Shown here: positions 60,762 to 64,000 of the stretch, one piece after another | How positions within the stretch are numbered: position 1 is the stretch's first letter | Layout: the number at the start of each line of letters is the position of its first letter | From: the human T2T-CHM13v2.0 reference genome, Homo sapiens | Length of the DNA stretch: 64,000 nucleotides | Assembly: GCF_009914755.1 (NCBI RefSeq) | Contig: NC_060927.1 | Reading direction: 5' to 3' (one strand) | Translations under genes and position numbers: made by a program | The notes under the pieces: model-generated | Database searches by the model: none | Seen by the model: only the letters and a program-made list of their open reading frames with translations | What the model was told of the DNA's origin: nothing

Positions 60762-62231
60762 CTGTAAAATAGACAAAAATAAACAAAATGGACCTGTGAT
60801 AACAAGAAGGATACTATCAGCTTGACTTCATTAATTGGCTCATTAATCAATGGATGAGCCTTTCATATGTACAAATAATCTAGCTATAAAAAAATGCAAA
60901 TTGTCAGAAACAGTCCTAAGAATTTTCAATTGGATAAAAATTCAACCAAGTAAGCCACCCTCTATTTTAAGTCCACAACAGGACCACCACTCTTCCATAA
61001 AACCTGCCATCTAGGGTCAGAAATCCTGCTGAGAACTATGCAGCACTGACAGAGAGGCCATGGAGAGCCAGATATGAAGAACCAAAGCGGTGAGATATGT
61101 AACTGACAGACCATAAATAGCTACCAATGCCTTCTCTGGTTGATAAATGAAAGCCAAGCTCGGAGGGCCTCCTTGTGGCTGGTGGAGGAAGGTCTGCTCT
61201 GCAGACCCACTCACACAATAAGCAGATTCCAAGGTAGATTTCTCATAGAATATCTAAGTCACATCCTCTAGTCTTGCTCTCACCAAAAAGAAAGTTCATG
61301 TTTAGATCCCCATTTGACCTCTGGATCTACTTCTTAAGTGATTCAGAATCCAGAAGGGAAGACAGGCAACCCATGAGATGTCTCTAAAACACCAATGTTA
61401 TCTATCAATACTTGGCCTACCCAATGTGGCTTAACAGAACCAATAAGCATCAATAATTAAGGCTCTGTTGCTATGGAGAGTTCATGAAAGAAGCAGCTCA
61501 AACTGCAAAGCAATAGCTGAAATTCAGAATGGCTGCCAGCATCAAGACTTTCAATGAAGCCCTACAGTTCACATCACTCTCTGCCCTGCCCACAGGTTCT
61601 TGATAACTATGGTATCCCTCTCTCATTCAGTGGTCACAAAAGGTATCATTGGTGGCAGACTGAGATTTGCAGAGCCACGAGGCAGCAGGTTGGGAAAAGA
61701 GTGAGAAGAAAGATGTTCGATAAACCATTCTTCAAGAAACTTAACTAGAAGAATGGGAGACAGATGGTGAAGTGGGGGGTGTTCCAAAGCTTTTCTTTGT
61801 TTTTAGATGAGATATTCAAATATGTATATATGCTAGTGAAAAAAGCTAACGAAATGGTACATAATAAAGATGAAAGAAAAGAGGGAAAGAGTATCATCCC
61901 AGATATAAGGGAAGGGATGGCCCTTACGCTTGGGCTAAGGTGGAAGGCGTTGTTACCCATGAATAAGAAGGGCTCAGTCCAGAATTTGATTCCCCTTGGG
62001 GTTTCTCCTTTCACACTCTATTTAAAGTGTCTTAGCTAAACACTGTAGGGGTATGCAAACATTAAACTCTTCCTTTGCAGTTAAGATAGGTACGTAAACA
62101 ACTGTTAAAGGCTGTTTGATAAGTGCCACATTCCCAACAAAGGAAATGTTCTTGCTGCGGCACATCAGTGACTTCGAGGTACCTTGGCTAGGAAGTGTTC
62201 ACATTCACCTTAGCATATCACAATACCATTG

Positions 62232-62250
62232 CTGCCACCAGGGGGTGCTA
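62232..62250 (+). promoter_or_regulatory. Candidate CTCF binding site in intron 2
   Basis: ctgccaccagggggtgcta closely matches the CTCF core CCACCAGGGGGCGCTA. Confidence 0.65.
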
Positions 62251-62872
62251 GAGAGCCACAGCCAAGCAAGTTTGGGCAGGGAATGAGCAAGCTCTCCAGC
62301 AATACATCAAAGAATGCATTATACATCCCTACACCGATGCTATCTCTGAACAGGACCATACATGAAGGGTAGGTGCACAAAAGAAATCAGCACCGCCAGC
62401 AAGAACTGGGTTTGGAACCATGAGACCATGTGACTCTTAGGTAAATTTGTAACTTCTCTGAGTTTCCATATTTTGTAAAATAAGGGTAATACATGTTATG
62501 AGGATCAAATAAGATCATTAATGCAATACATACTGTTAGCCTGGCACAAGTCTCCTCTGACATCAGCAGCATCAGCAGTCATTCCAGAACAGCTACCTTA
62601 TTGCCATGCTGCACTTCTCCATAATCATCAGCCCACTGCTGGCCCCAGGGATTCTGACACAAACCCTCCTGGGTCTGTCAAGAACACTTGCAGGCCTTCT
62701 GTTTTTTCCCCATTCTGAGAACCTCCCTATTCAGAACAGCCTCCTACACTCTCTGCCTCTTCACAAATGTCTTCCCACCTTCTCCCACAACCTGGCTTTC
62801 CTCAGAAGTCATCTGTTCCCCTTCCTATCATTCAGTTCCTACAACACCTGACCCTCAGGGCCTAGACAGTAG

Positions 62873-63308
<436 letters not shown>

Positions 63309-64000
63309 TAAGCCACACAGGACTTGCAGAGGCCTTGGTCTCCTGCCATGTTCTCCCTGGCTTCAATATTCAGTATTCAATATCCTGACACGCTAAAGAA
63401 TTACTTCACTACCAAAACAAATGCAAAAATGCCATTCTATCAAAGATCCCATCACCACCTCTGATTCCTACAAAACTAGTTCTCTGATTCCATCACTCCA
63501 AGTCAGCCAACATTTATGAGGCACATTTATGAGCCAGGTGCTGTGTTCATAGCAGGATGCAGCAGCCAGTTAAAGCCACTTCCCTTCTCTCCAGTATAGC
63601 CGTGAACACCTAGTTTCATGTTCTCCACAGCCCAAGCCCTAAAGAAGGCAACATTACTGACAGTCATATTGGCACCTTCAGCTGGTTGACTCCTTCCAAA
63701 CCCTCAAAGGGCAGCTCTAGCATCCTGACCACCCCTTCTTACTCTACTCCTGCTGCTCAGCACTGCTGAAGGAAATCCATCCTACAGAAAAGGAGCTCTT
63801 ACACAACAATGACCTCCAGTCTCAGGGGAGGCCCTTAGTTCTACTCAGCAATCCCTTCCTCACTGACCCTCTTTTCCCTCGTCTTATTCCAACCTTACAG
63901 GCCTTCCCCACCTCCTCACACTCAATGTTTTTGTCCCTTTCCACTAGTACAGAGGAACCCCATTTCTGCCTTTCTTTTCAACACCCCGGCAGATCTATTA

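Overview
Human or great-ape genomic DNA covering most of RYK, the Wnt-binding receptor tyrosine pseudokinase, on the minus strand. Coding exons 3-15 (numbered by analogy to the recalled 15-exon human gene; exons 1-2 lie beyond the right edge) splice with GT..AG ends into one continuous frame, followed by a ~1 kb 3'UTR. The introns are repeat-rich (Alu, L1, L2, MIR, MaLR LTRs, MER DNA elements, a solo LTR12) and hold an HMGB3 processed pseudogene. I found no convincing new multi-gene system. The most unusual local structures are: an Alu whose 3' end is interrupted by two stitched copies of DNA from 1.5 and 2.9 kb away; a TG/AG tandem acceptor at exon 8 with a foldback-palindrome cluster upstream; a 26-bp tailless U2 snRNA retrocopy with target-site duplications; an antisense LTR12; and an HMGB3 retrocopy polyadenylated at its stop codon. 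Repeat subfamily calls come from remembered consensus sequences, and boundaries of old repeats are approximate.
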